DNA from: a virus
Reading direction: 5' to 3' (one strand)
IMG/VR virus record: IMGVR_UViG_3300008117_004020
Span: 54,148 to 118,147 of that record
DNA length: 64,000 nt
Each line of letters begins with the position of its first letter. Within the stretch, counting starts at the first letter, position 1. Shown here one piece after another: positions 40,435 through 50,984 of this stretch. The position numbers and the translations under genes were made by a program. Under the pieces are notes generated by a model. That model had not been told where the DNA came from and searched no databases. It saw only the letters and a program-made list of their open reading frames with translations.

Positions 40435-43400
40435 TTATCTAAATGATTTAGTCATTTTTTGATTAGACAATCTAAATAACATTTTAACATCATCAGATAC
40501 CATCCTCTTTAATAATATCTTATTAAGATAGTGTCTGATTTTTTTATGTTGTAAAGATGTCTTTTGATAATTTACATAGCGATCATTTAATTCTCTCTCA
40601 TATCCATTAGCTGCTGTTTCCCATATAGGTTGATAGTTAGTTATAAACTCCCCGCGATTACGCGTGACATCCCAAAACTGATTAAACCTATACTTATTCT
40701 CTTCCTTAGAATACAATATATCAATATTACTAGACTTGACAATAGGATATTCTATTAGAGCTATAGGATCATTCTTAGGTTTAAGAACTAGTCTTAGATT
40801 ACCTGATGTTTGTTCTGTATTATGAATAACAGCCCTGTCAAAGTTCCAATCCAGAATATGATTCTTGTCTTGACATGTACCATCATATTTATAGCATTCC
40901 AACTGATACTCTACACTCTTTAATGTTGCCACCTCTTGTCCTGTAGATGATACAAACTCCACCTCAAATGGGTAATTTACACCATAGAAATTACAGAATA
41001 GGTCACAACGATCATTATGTCTGTAGATGTCTGTTCCTTTAGTTGTCAAGAAATGACTTTTAGAAGGAAGGACTAAATCAGGATGCCAGTCATGGAAACT
41101 AATCCAAGACTGTGATTTAACATCATAACTCACTGTAAATGAAGCATCTTCAAAATATAAAGGATCACCTAAATATATAGTTCTTGTTGCTCCTATTTTA
41201 AAGATGTTTGCCTTATGGTACACTAATGTGGAAGCATACTCATCTCTCACCTTATAGTCCTTCTTACATAAATAAAGAATATTGTTAATATTATCATATG
41301 TAAGTTGGACACCCACTCCCAAAATCGGATTATCTGACAACTCAAAATCAGGATATGACTTAAGCAAATATGAAGGGAGGTATTTAGCAAACCACCATTT
41401 GAGTCCTGCATTAGATATTTCTTGCAATCCTTGTGCAAAATAAAACACCCTTCCTTGGTTCTGACTCACCCAGAATAAACCCATAGGTGTATTTAATACA
41501 GCACCAGAGTTTTGACATGATCCATATTCATAGACATATTCAGCATTACTTGCTGCTTGCATTGGAGTACCAAAAAGCCCACCATCACCAATAGTCACTT
41601 TTACTCCATTAGTAGTCTGAAGTTGATCCACCCCAGCAAAGAAATCAGGACTTGCATTTTTAAATAATATAATAGATCCAGACTGATTGATTGACTTCAT
41701 AGAAACAACAGTACTAGAAAAATCATAATAGTTATTAGCTAAAAATACTCTCCAATTATCTTTTTTAAGTTCTTTTTGTGTAGGCAGTGAATATATAGCT
41801 CTTGATGAATAGTAGGAATAACAAGAAGAAGCCACCTCAGGATCATAGTCTTTTGGTAACACTGTACCCCATGATATGTTATTCTGGAACATTCTACTAG
41901 CTGATAAACTATAGTCATACTTGTAATAGTTACCAGCCTTAATTAAATCAGACCTAAATAAATACTGAAGGTCAGTGTATGTATATTGATCATAGTGTCT
42001 TTGTCCATCATTCTCTCCATAGTCTCTTTGTGCAAGATTGATTTCTGATTCTACAAAGAAGTCTTTTACACCATTCGCAAACAAATAGAAATATCCATTC
42101 TTTACTCCAAACCCTATTTTACCTGTAAGGCAATCGCTTTTAAGTCTATCCAAATGCATAAAATCATTTGGTAAAGCATTGTTTTTCCAGGAATTTATTG
42201 AAATAGCAGCACTACTTCCAGCACCAGCTATGGTAGATAGAGTGGTTAAAAAAGACTTAATTGTAACATTACCAAATATCTTTTTATCCTGTGCAGTTTT
42301 ATTAAATAAACTACTAAGCTGTCTGCCTATTGCATTTCCTATGAGTGCTCCAGAAACCGTATTAACAAATGGTTGAATAAGTACTGAGGAATCATACTCA
42401 TTTGAATTCATCCAATATCTGGGATACGTTATGTTAACATGCTCCATATAGTTAAATGGATACTCATTAGGTTGTCCTATTAACCAATCATTAAAGAAAC
42501 AAAATGAATTCTTCTCAGTGTAGCGATTAATATAAACATCACCTCCAAATAAAACAGGAGATGTGAATTTAGTGCTAGGCGTTGTATTTGTGAAATGAAC
42601 ACACGATGATACTGGTACTTGCAATACCCCATCTAACTGCCCATATTGACTAGGCATCTTAATTTTCAAAGAAGCATAATGAGATGATATAGTTCTTTTA
42701 AAAGATGCTGTAGGATTACTGTACTGTTTTAATCCTCCAATAGTAACCCTTGAATTATCTTTTGTGGTAGGATCATCAAACTCTCCATTAGTTTGAAGAA
42801 TAACATATCTTCCTCTAAATAGATTATTAATTCTATAGTCTAAACCAAAATCTTGAATATATGGGTTAATGTATTGAGCATCAATAAGTTTGCGTCTTCT
42901 ATTGTTTTGTGTAGGCTCAATATAATTATTATAAAACCCATGAGCATCATATTGATATGCGTATTGCTCAGGAGAAACCATTTGTTTAATTATTCTAAGA
43001 GCATTCTCCATACCCTCTCCCATAAAATATAAGAACGTCAGGGTTTTTTGAGCAGCTGCTAATGTAGGAATCTCATCAAAAGGAGATTGTTCTTGTGTTA
43101 CTGATTTATCAGTGGATATATTATATCCCCCAAAATTGGCATTAGGTCCAACACTAGGTTTTTTAATTAATTCATTTAGTGGTAATAATGGTCCAACAAA
43201 CAGCGGGTCAACACCTTCTGCAGAACCACTTGTACCTGTAGGTTGTCCTGTAATAGAGAGACCTAAATTAAAGCCTCTTGCATTATTAATAGTGGTGGTG
43301 GAAGTTTTCTTTCCAAGTAATGATGTAAGTCCTATACCTGTACCCACTATACCAGCTATAAATAAAGCAAAATCCCTAAGCAGCTTATGCTTAGGATGTT

Positions 43401-45303
43401 TATAAGGAACAGTAAATTTACCTTCTGCATTTCCCCAATACTCACCATGAATCTTCACCTCATAAGGATTTAGATAGGGATCTCTAAACTGTGTGTCAGG
43501 AGAATGAAAACTAAACATGTCTCTAAGGAATGTACCCATAGGTTCATATCCTTTACCCTGACAACCACCCTTCACTTCTTTTTTAGAAAGAAAAGGGTCA
43601 ATGTTTAAATCATTAAAAGGATAGTTTTGATATAATCCCTTACGACTAGTGATGTCAGGATTAATCTCATACTCTCCCATATTGCTAAGTATACCCTTTG
43701 CAATCACTGTTTTATTTCCTTCCCTGGACCCTCTAAGAATCTCATATCCTACCACTGATTCAAGAGGAACACCATTATTGTCTAATGGATGGGTGATGTT
43801 TTCAAACTTAACACCTAATAATACGATACTATTAGTGGTTGTATTGTAAATATGAGAAGTGCTATTATCAGGCATCTTGTGATGTCTGATAGGCTTACCG
43901 CACAAATCTCCCCATATTTGGGGTTTGTCATCTGGGTATTTCTCTGTTGATTCCCAATATCCCATTGTACCCTCAGCTACAACCTTTCCTTCATTATTAG
44001 GAAGAATGGAAGAAGATCTTGATGTAGTGTTTGATGTATCAAATACTTCCCATCTTTTAGCAGGGACTGTTGGATTGTCTTGATTCTCAATAGCATCTCT
44101 ACCTCCAGCAACAGATATATCACGCCCTACAGAAGCTCTACCAGGAATATGATAGCTCGCAGACTTCTCACCTGTGTTATACACCCAGCGAATAAAAAAT
44201 GAATATACCTCATCACGCAAATAGGATGTTTGATTTCCACCCTTAATATAGTAATCAGCAGGTTGTTCTACAGCCACCCACTTTGTTAAAATCTTATTAG
44301 CTTGAGGTTGATAGTTAAAGTCTGGTTTAGTGTATATGCCAATTCTAATCAGATAATCATTTAAACTAAGCAAATTATCAGATTTCTCATACGCTGGTGT
44401 AATCAATGGAATGAGATCAAGCCCTACAGTTTTTAACGCAGGATCAAGTTTATCAATAGACACCTTAGTGGTTCTAGTTGAATAATACCCTATGATTCTA
44501 GCTGTTAAGTTTTCTTTAACATAGCTAATCAAGACTAATTCAAACTCATCAAAATCTAAATCAATACTGTCAATTTCCACCTCCAATGCTCCATTGTTAT
44601 CAGCGTGTGTAAATAAAGACTGTATATTTGAAGGAAGAAAGTAATCAGTGACTTTAATGCCTGCAATACTATATGCTATTGCCACCTGGTATGATCCATT
44701 AGGCATTGTTCCACCTGACTTAGATTTAATTACTCTTAAGCATGGAGTGGTCATTAATGGTGCCAGTCTTAATGCTTCACAATCTAATTCATTAGAATAT
44801 TGGGGAACATAGCATGTATTTGCTATTGTATTACTTTTAGGTATTTCTTTATAAGGAATCCTATCTACATTTAATACTCTTGTTGGGTTGATTCCATCAT
44901 CCCAGTATAAAGATGTAGTGCAGTCAGCATTTGATTTAATGGCTGCCTTAATAAGATTTGTTCTTTTGAAATTAAGACATGGAGCATTAACTACTTTTTC
45001 GTAGGTGCATGTACTTTCTCTAAACAATCCTATCTCTGAGTTTACGTCATCTGTAGAGAATAAGTACCATTTGTCTTGTTCATCATATAAAGCAGCAATA
45101 ATAGGGTAGGGGGTACTGCTGCAAAACTTATTAGCAGGTTCATTTCCTAAATATCCAACATGTCCTTCATTAGTGTTATTGACAGCATTACGCGCGTGCG
45201 TCCACATGCCCTCACCTATGTAAGATTCTGCAGTGTCTTTATTAAGACCTTTGACAAAAGAATTTGTCTTTATATTACTGGATTCTTGAAAATTACTCGC
45301 CAT
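40435..45303 (-). CDS. Tail muzzle/stabilization protein (crAss-like), 1622 aa
   Basis: FVKGLNKD...HARNAV start, YWDDGINP, MGYWESTEKYP, IRHHKMPD, FGGDVYINR, WISFHDWHP; beta-rich; located after the ring genes. Confidence 0.8.
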   Translation of the reverse strand: MASNFQESSNIKTNSFVKGLNKDTAESYIGEGMWTHARNAVNNTNEGHVGYLGNEPANKFCSSTPYPIIAALYDEQDKWYLFSTDDVNSEIGLFRESTCTYEKVVNAPCLNFKRTNLIKAAIKSNADCTTSLYWDDGINPTRVLNVDRIPYKEIPKSNTIANTCYVPQYSNELDCEALRLAPLMTTPCLRVIKSKSGGTMPNGSYQVAIAYSIAGIKVTDYFLPSNIQSLFTHADNNGALEVEIDSIDLDFDEFELVLISYVKENLTARIIGYYSTRTTKVSIDKLDPALKTVGLDLIPLITPAYEKSDNLLSLNDYLIRIGIYTKPDFNYQPQANKILTKWVAVEQPADYYIKGGNQTSYLRDEVYSFFIRWVYNTGEKSASYHIPGRASVGRDISVAGGRDAIENQDNPTVPAKRWEVFDTSNTTSRSSSILPNNEGKVVAEGTMGYWESTEKYPDDKPQIWGDLCGKPIRHHKMPDNSTSHIYNTTTNSIVLLGVKFENITHPLDNNGVPLESVVGYEILRGSREGNKTVIAKGILSNMGEYEINPDITSRKGLYQNYPFNDLNIDPFLSKKEVKGGCQGKGYEPMGTFLRDMFSFHSPDTQFRDPYLNPYEVKIHGEYWGNAEGKFTVPYKHPKHKLLRDFALFIAGIVGTGIGLTSLLGKKTSTTTINNARGFNLGLSITGQPTGTSGSAEGVDPLFVGPLLPLNELIKKPSVGPNANFGGYNISTDKSVTQEQSPFDEIPTLAAAQKTLTFLYFMGEGMENALRIIKQMVSPEQYAYQYDAHGFYNNYIEPTQNNRRRKLIDAQYINPYIQDFGLDYRINNLFRGRYVILQTNGEFDDPTTKDNSRVTIGGLKQYSNPTASFKRTISSHYASLKIKMPSQYGQLDGVLQVPVSSCVHFTNTTPSTKFTSPVLFGGDVYINRYTEKNSFCFFNDWLIGQPNEYPFNYMEHVNITYPRYWMNSNEYDSSVLIQPFVNTVSGALIGNAIGRQLSSLFNKTAQDKKIFGNVTIKSFLTTLSTIAGAGSSAAISINSWKNNALPNDFMHLDRLKSDCLTGKIGFGVKNGYFYLFANGVKDFFVESEINLAQRDYGENDGQRHYDQYTYTDLQYLFRSDLIKAGNYYKYDYSLSASRMFQNNISWGTVLPKDYDPEVASSCYSYYSSRAIYSLPTQKELKKDNWRVFLANNYYDFSSTVVSMKSINQSGSIILFKNASPDFFAGVDQLQTTNGVKVTIGDGGLFGTPMQAASNAEYVYEYGSCQNSGAVLNTPMGLFWVSQNQGRVFYFAQGLQEISNAGLKWWFAKYLPSYLLKSYPDFELSDNPILGVGVQLTYDNINNILYLCKKDYKVRDEYASTLVYHKANIFKIGATRTIYLGDPLYFEDASFTVSYDVKSQSWISFHDWHPDLVLPSKSHFLTTKGTDIYRHNDRCDLFCNFYGVNYPFEVEFVSSTGQEVATLKSVEYQLECYKYDGTCQDKNHILDWNFDRAVIHNTEQTSGNLRLVLKPKNDPIALIEYPIVKSSNIDILYSKEENKYRFNQFWDVTRNRGEFITNYQPIWETAANGYERELNDRYVNYQKTSLQHKKIRHYLNKILLKRMVSDDVKMLFRLSNQKMTKSFR

Positions 45304-45670
45304 GTTTAACCTTCAAATTCTTTTTATCTAAAAATTTATGAAGCACACCTGTTATATGTCCACACAACCATGCTTGAGTTTCCTCATCTACAATATCTCT
45401 ATCCTCAGTTATCTTCACTGTAGCATGATAGATTTCATGTGCTATAGTATTATAAGACAAATATCTAAGATCAATTACTAAATAATAGTCTGTAATATCA
45501 GGAGATAGTACAACACCTTCTGCTTCATCTGTAAATTGATATCCCATTTTGTGAGTGGAGCATATCTTATTAACTGTCTTATTCAATGCTGATGTTACAT
45601 ACAGTATCAACTTACAGTTGTATACAGGTAGGTCTACAGTCTTCTTATATGTTGTGTTTTTAACTACCAT
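45293..45670 (-). CDS. Small zincin-like metalloprotease
   Basis: IAHEIYHA followed by DEETQAWL (HExxH...E). Confidence 0.65.
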   Translation of the reverse strand: MVVKNTTYKKTVDLPVYNCKLILYVTSALNKTVNKICSTHKMGYQFTDEAEGVVLSPDITDYYLVIDLRYLSYNTIAHEIYHATVKITEDRDIVDEETQAWLCGHITGVLHKFLDKKNLKVKHGE

Positions 45671-46509
45671 TAGCGTTTAAACATATTATAGTATTTGCCA
45701 TACATAGCCTTTCTATTCATCTCCCAGTTTTTCTTAAACTCATCAAAATCAGGCATATTAACAAAACTATAAGCATTATTTCTAGCCGCTCTAAGTCTTT
45801 GCTCAATAAGCTGTATTCTTTGTGCAACGTCTTCTCCATTCATAAATAAGTTTTCTAGTACCCTTTGCTTTAATGCATACTCATAAAATTCATTTACAAG
45901 AGGATTATCTAATACAAGTAGATTACCACAATCATCTTCTAATGTACCCTCATAATTAATGTGTACTTTTCCTGTCTCTAGATTAGTGTATATAAACCCG
46001 TTTTTAAGTTCAGCTCTATTATATGATTTTACATGTATGTTAGGACAGTCAACAGATACTACCTTTGCCTTACCTAATTGCAAAGGATAGAACTCCTCAT
46101 AAGTTCTAATCTCTGACCTAAGAGTTTGTACTAAGTTGTAGTATTGACCACAATCTGTCATACAAGCATTCACTCTACCGCAGCTATCCACTTTAGGTGG
46201 AGTCTTAAGAATAACATCCTCTACATGTGTTCCTGAAAATACTGGGTCTTGCACTGTATACTTACCACATAAATTAGCATAATTCAAAACGTAGAAATCA
46301 TCTGGAAGTTTTGCTTTATTATGCTCAATATCAAGTATGACATCTTTAGTTTGATGAATCCTAAGCCCAAGTTCATAGTTCACTCTAATAGCCACCTTTA
46401 TAAGTTGTTGAGGATCAATCATCCCCTCTAGGTTAAAACTACTAAAGTCACTCAGCACCTCTGCCAAGAGCTCATCAAATTTTTTATATTTTAATTCAAT
46501 CTTTGCCAT
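45670..46509 (-). CDS. Putative tail tubular/ring protein
   Basis: KLPDDF, GFIYTN.ETG.V.INY.G, FYEYALK; position between the IHF-like gene and the muzzle gene, as in crAss-like tail modules. Confidence 0.65.
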   Translation of the reverse strand: MAKIELKYKKFDELLAEVLSDFSSFNLEGMIDPQQLIKVAIRVNYELGLRIHQTKDVILDIEHNKAKLPDDFYVLNYANLCGKYTVQDPVFSGTHVEDVILKTPPKVDSCGRVNACMTDCGQYYNLVQTLRSEIRTYEEFYPLQLGKAKVVSVDCPNIHVKSYNRAELKNGFIYTNLETGKVHINYEGTLEDDCGNLLVLDNPLVNEFYEYALKQRVLENLFMNGEDVAQRIQLIEQRLRAARNNAYSFVNMPDFDEFKKNWEMNRKAMYGKYYNMFKR

Positions 46510-46512
46510 GTT

Positions 46513-46740
46513 TTATATACATAAATCAGAACCATTAACAATTAGTTTAACCTTGGTTTCTTCTTTAGTCTTAAGATTTACAAGAATTGCCCCATCCAAA
46601 TAACCATCTACATCAACTGGTAATGTGTTAATTGGAATAAGCTCATCCTCATAAAAAGCAACAATCTCAGACGCATTATTTACAAACGCGTAGATGTCAT
46701 TGTTAAAATCTATAAAAATATATGTTTTGTAGTTAGTCAT
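46513..46740 (-). CDS. Hypothetical protein (75 aa)
   Basis: Fills the gap between two ring genes on the coding strand. Confidence 0.6.
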   Translation of the reverse strand: MTNYKTYIFIDFNNDIYAFVNNASEIVAFYEDELIPINTLPVDVDGYLDGAILVNLKTKEETKVKLIVNGSDLCI

Positions 46741-46759
46741 TATAGTTTAGATTTTTTTA

Positions 46760-47434
46760 TTATCTTAAAATGTTTTGTTTATCAGAGATTAAATCTGGAG
46801 GAATCTGATAGGCCATACCAAAGTCTTTCATTACAAATGTCTCTAGTTCACCATGTAAGTAATCTGGAACATTAAATGGCTGATCTTGTCTTAATGTGCA
46901 ATCATCATTTGTATCACAATTAAAGCCTGTAACATCATCCTCAAATATACCATCCACCCTAATAGCCTCCCACTCAATATTTGGCAAATACAAATACCCA
47001 TCTAAATACCAATAATACTTTGTCTTATTGTATTTAAATGTTTTAGAATGGGTCATTGCCACCCAGGTTTTAGGATCTGTGGGAACAAACACTTCACTAC
47101 CATCCAGTGACATTACACCAGAAATCAATGGTCCAAAGTATCCTTCTAAAAATGCAGGGAGTCTTTCTTTTGTGCGTTTAATCTTACAGTTGGTGTACAT
47201 GTTAGTGCAACATGCTTCCACCTTATCTACATCAATCAGTTCAACAGTTGGTAGAGTGCGAATCACTGATTTAAATTTCATTAGTCTGAACTTAGAGTCT
47301 TCTCTCTTCATTAACCAATGAGCATGCTTTATAATAATACTGTATATAAATCTATCAGTGAGGAATGCATCCTTATTTACAGCCTTGAGCTGGTTTCTCA
47401 CCCTTGAAATAATATCTCCTATTGTAGTTGTCAT
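46760..47434 (-). CDS. Putative tail ring protein
   Basis: LTDRFI, KRTKERLP, YYWYLDGYLY, IRVDGIFED; ATGA overlap with the upstream gene. Confidence 0.65.
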   Translation of the reverse strand: MTTTIGDIISRVRNQLKAVNKDAFLTDRFIYSIIIKHAHWLMKREDSKFRLMKFKSVIRTLPTVELIDVDKVEACCTNMYTNCKIKRTKERLPAFLEGYFGPLISGVMSLDGSEVFVPTDPKTWVAMTHSKTFKYNKTKYYWYLDGYLYLPNIEWEAIRVDGIFEDDVTGFNCDTNDDCTLRQDQPFNVPDYLHGELETFVMKDFGMAYQIPPDLISDKQNILR

Positions 47435-48012
47435 AAGTCAAATTCATTATAAGTTTCTAAGGCAATTTTGTCTTTGTTCTGCATATCTAGTTTAAACACC
47501 TTTCGCCTAAACACAGCGTTTATCTTTTTATAATCCTCAACATGCAAATACCTGTTAAAGTTTTCAGGATAGTGTTTTGCAACAGTTCTGGAAAATTGTC
47601 TAACAGGACTAAATCCCCACAAATTAGAAAATGTAAATCTGTATTTAGTAGCTGAATTAGTATAAAATATTTTAGCTAGATACTGATCACTTTCCCAATT
47701 TCTATGCTGAATCACCTTTCTTAATTCTACAGACAAATGATAATTAACATTCTCTTTTTTTGGAGCTGGACAGCTTCCTATGAAAATATATCCTAACTGC
47801 TCTGGTAACTCCACCCCATCTCTATCATCAATCACAGATTGCCATATCTTACCATTCACAGTACTGATAATCTCTTTAATTTGTTTATTAGAGAGATGGG
47901 CATATTTAGGGTGGGTCTTTCTAAAACTAACATAAAAATCCCTCTTAAGAATGTCTAGACATTTAGCTCTATATCTAGGGGCATTTAAATCAGGAGATCG
48001 CATTTCCCTCAT
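47431..48012 (-). CDS. IHF/HU-like basic protein (crAss-like)
   Basis: Helical IKEIISTVNGKIWQSVI followed by GVELPEQLGYIFI; basic; heads the tail operon. Confidence 0.6.
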   Translation of the reverse strand: MREMRSPDLNAPRYRAKCLDILKRDFYVSFRKTHPKYAHLSNKQIKEIISTVNGKIWQSVIDDRDGVELPEQLGYIFIGSCPAPKKENVNYHLSVELRKVIQHRNWESDQYLAKIFYTNSATKYRFTFSNLWGFSPVRQFSRTVAKHYPENFNRYLHVEDYKKINAVFRRKVFKLDMQNKDKIALETYNEFDL

Positions 48013-48020
48013 AGTATACC

Positions 48021-48066
48021 TATATTATAATTTACGAAAAATTTGTGAAGTTTCCTATCTAAACTT
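48021..48066 (-). promoter_or_regulatory. Putative phage late promoter, variant copy (AGTTTA-N24-GTAAATTATA)
   Basis: 16 of 19 matches to the core 19-mer, same spacing to AGTTTA, intergenic upstream of 48012. Confidence 0.6.
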
Positions 48067-48073
48067 TATAGAT

Positions 48074-49276
48074 TTAAACTGTATAAATAAACTCAGAAAC
48101 CTTACCATAGTTCTCGCTGTGACATTCTATGATGGCTTGACGCTTAGCTCCTACATATTTGTTGTGATAATGCCAGTAGTCAGTGGAGCAAAGACTTGGT
48201 AAATGCTTGATACTGAACCCATTGTGTTCATTTTCTGTAACATACTCTGTAGTCTTTTTACTATGGAAGTGACCAGTGTAACATGTTCTAAATTGTGTAT
48301 TACCCCATTGCACTGGAAACTCTGTAGCATAAACTAGTGGAGTATATTTTTTTGTTACATCCCCATGCTCAAACGCAAAGAAGTTTAAACCATAGGTGAT
48401 CACCTTGCGTTCTGAGTAGTCTGTTTTAAAAGATATGCTGTCATCATTAAAGCATTTCTCTAATGCATGAGCTAAATGGTATGAGCTTAGTCTGTCATGA
48501 TTACCAGGAATATAAACCACAACCAGGTTATTACAAAATTGTTTAATGTAATTTACTGACCAATATAAAGCATCAAATGCATCTTTATACGCATCCTGAG
48601 CCCTCTGGTCGTTATCTACAGGCGTACCTGATGTAGTGGTTCCATTAAAGGTATCCATGTTAAGAATGTCTCCTCCTATCACATAAACCACCTTATCTAC
48701 ATTATGTACCATGTAAGCCCTGTGTATAAGGTTTTCTATGGCAGCTTTAAACTCATCTATAATCCCTAGGTTTCCCTCTTTGCCAAAATGAAGATCTTGT
48801 ATAGATAATACAGCAGCCACCTTCTCTGCGTATTTAGTATTGATGTGGGGCTTACCTACAGGCTTATAACTAGGCTTAAACTCTTTAATAACCTCAGCTA
48901 GTATATCTTTAGGTTCTTTCTTTATAAGACTAACTAATGCAGAAACCAGCCACTTACCACCACCAGTTTCTTTATTCCAGTAGTTGGAAAGTTTCCATTT
49001 TGTTGTGTCAATCTTAAGTAGTTTGATAATTTCCTCAGGAGAGCGAGGTTCAGAGAGGGAGATTCCTTTGATTTCAGCAGTACCTTTGTCTAAGTCTTCT
49101 TTAAATTCTATTACTTTTTCTTTATCTTCTATATCCTCAACCTCAGACTTTTCTAAATGTAATACCTTGGTTTTCAGTTTCTTATATTGTTTGAGAGATA
49201 TTCCTAACTTCTCAGCACAATAAGCATCTGACTTTTTCCATTTTAACGTGGAATAAACACGATTGATTAAATTCAT
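48074..49276 (-). CDS. Calcineurin-like metallophosphoesterase with an N-terminal HTH-like segment
   Basis: DLHFG, GGDILN, GNHD, HGD, GHFH motifs. Confidence 0.85.
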   Translation of the reverse strand: MNLINRVYSTLKWKKSDAYCAEKLGISLKQYKKLKTKVLHLEKSEVEDIEDKEKVIEFKEDLDKGTAEIKGISLSEPRSPEEIIKLLKIDTTKWKLSNYWNKETGGGKWLVSALVSLIKKEPKDILAEVIKEFKPSYKPVGKPHINTKYAEKVAAVLSIQDLHFGKEGNLGIIDEFKAAIENLIHRAYMVHNVDKVVYVIGGDILNMDTFNGTTTSGTPVDNDQRAQDAYKDAFDALYWSVNYIKQFCNNLVVVYIPGNHDRLSSYHLAHALEKCFNDDSISFKTDYSERKVITYGLNFFAFEHGDVTKKYTPLVYATEFPVQWGNTQFRTCYTGHFHSKKTTEYVTENEHNGFSIKHLPSLCSTDYWHYHNKYVGAKRQAIIECHSENYGKVSEFIYTV

Positions 49277-49300
49277 ATATATAAGGATTAGTATGCATGC

Positions 49301-49310
49301 CGTAAATATA
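49301..49310 (-). promoter_or_regulatory. Possible host-type -7 promoter element
   Basis: TATATTTACG resembles the Bacteroidota TAnnTTTG box; lies between a terminator and the ATG at 49276. Confidence 0.3.
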
Positions 49311-49323
49311 AGGGTTTTATTTT

Positions 49324-49356
49324 AAAAAACAAACCCCCGTGTAGAAACACAGGGGG
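49324..49356 (-). terminator. Intrinsic terminator after the glycosyltransferase cassette
   Basis: Minus strand CCCCCTGTGT-TTCT-ACACGGGGG followed by TTTGTTTTTT. Confidence 0.8.
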
Positions 49357-49392
49357 ATTTTTATTGGAGGAAACCAACAAACCTCCTATTAT

Positions 49393-50139
49393 TTATTTAA
49401 AAAAGTCTTGTGGAATTACACTTTGATAATCTTTTACATACCAAAAATTCTTTAAATACTTGTCATCGTTTATATAATGCACCTGATCTAAATTAGTCAA
49501 TTCTATTAACCTTGGTTTACCTAGTGCATGTGCTAGTGCTGTAATTCCTGTCATATTACCAACGTATTTTTTACCAGAATTAATGACTAAAGCAAGTTCA
49601 GAAACTGTATCTACTACAATTGATTCTACTGAATATTTAGATTTAAACGACTGAGCAAAAGCATCGTTAGTAGATATAAATAAACAATTTTCTTTTTCAA
49701 TAACCTCTCCCCATGGAAACTTATCATTATGTCTATGAAACGATCTATGAATTATAGTGTAATTTTCATAGTCTGATACTTTCTTATAAGACAGCCAATT
49801 TGTTGTAATTGGGTCAACCTTAAAAGTTTCAGATAACATTTCAATCCAACACTTTGAATATAAAAATCCTGAGTGTCTCCATTTATTTAAATTAATATCG
49901 ATTCTTTGATTATTATACACATCATAAGTGTTTATATAATCTTGAGACAATATTAAATCCTTTGTATCTAAAAGAACTTTTTTTGCACCATATGAAAAAC
50001 CATCCCCATCAAATCCTCCTGATGCTAAATAGACATTTCCTTTTTTACCATATTTAATGTAGTTTTGTTTTACTACCATTAAAGCATGAATAAAATCTCC
50101 TAGTTTACCGCCTGATACATAGTTAATTGTACCATTCAT
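49393..50139 (-). CDS. Putative glycosyltransferase, GT-B fold (GT9-like)
   Basis: N-terminal GGKLGDFIH and C-terminal YVGNMTGITALAHALGKP resemble heptosyltransferase-type motifs. Confidence 0.65.
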   Translation of the reverse strand: MNGTINYVSGGKLGDFIHALMVVKQNYIKYGKKGNVYLASGGFDGDGFSYGAKKVLLDTKDLILSQDYINTYDVYNNQRIDINLNKWRHSGFLYSKCWIEMLSETFKVDPITTNWLSYKKVSDYENYTIIHRSFHRHNDKFPWGEVIEKENCLFISTNDAFAQSFKSKYSVESIVVDTVSELALVINSGKKYVGNMTGITALAHALGKPRLIELTNLDQVHYINDDKYLKNFWYVKDYQSVIPQDFFK

Positions 50140-50984
50140 TAAAACAATTTATTTGATAGCTCTTTAAACTCTCCCCAGTAAGGATCAACTTCATCAACAC
50201 CATGCCCATATATAGTGAAGTGAGAAGTAAAATGTCTCCCATGATTCACATGAATGGCAGGATTTGCACAGTGCCATTTAGATCTTTTAGACTGAGGCTC
50301 TAGTAACACTTGACCATTTTGAATAGCTTCTTTAAATAACTTTTCAAAATGTGCTATAGCATCATTAAATCTCATAGTCATTTGATGAAGAGGTTCATGG
50401 TCAGCATTTCTTTTTTGAAAACCTGCTGAACATATTCCCATATAATTCATATTAGTGAGCACACCACCTTCAAAATCTGGGAAATCAAAATAACCATCAG
50501 GGTAAAGAACATCATGTTCAAGGAAACTTACATAATCATACTCCCCACTATTCTTGGCAGCATATAACAATTGGAGTATTTGAATTACAATATTCAAATG
50601 ATTACTACTTCTTGTCATAGCTCCCACTTCAAAAAATGGGTTGTTAGGTATTGGTTTCCAGACACATGTAAGAATATCAGCCTTATCTTTAAACTTTGTA
50701 AGAGTTTGTAAGCTTTCACTTACAACATTATCTACATTGTTATTAGTATAAAAAATACCTAACTTTCTACTTTTAGAATCTGGAAGTGTAAGATAAGATC
50801 CTTCTTGAATCTTTTTACTACCTCCTTCATATTCCACTTCTAAGTATTTAATTTGCCCAACTGCAGGATCACCAAAAATATCATTACCCACTTTAACTCT
50901 CAGCTGACCATCTTTAACTTTAGAATTTAATATAGATGTGACATCACGTCCACCATATGTAGCTTTCTTTATCATAACAAACAA
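50139..50984 (-). CDS. Putative GT-A glycosyltransferase with an N-terminal DUF3395/lectin-like domain
   Basis: IKKATYG...FGDPAVGQIKYL domain; YVSFLEHDVLY metal-binding motif; HVNHG. Confidence 0.6.
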   Translation of the reverse strand: MFVMIKKATYGGRDVTSILNSKVKDGQLRVKVGNDIFGDPAVGQIKYLEVEYEGGSKKIQEGSYLTLPDSKSRKLGIFYTNNNVDNVVSESLQTLTKFKDKADILTCVWKPIPNNPFFEVGAMTRSSNHLNIVIQILQLLYAAKNSGEYDYVSFLEHDVLYPDGYFDFPDFEGGVLTNMNYMGICSAGFQKRNADHEPLHQMTMRFNDAIAHFEKLFKEAIQNGQVLLEPQSKRSKWHCANPAIHVNHGRHFTSHFTIYGHGVDEVDPYWGEFKELSNKLF

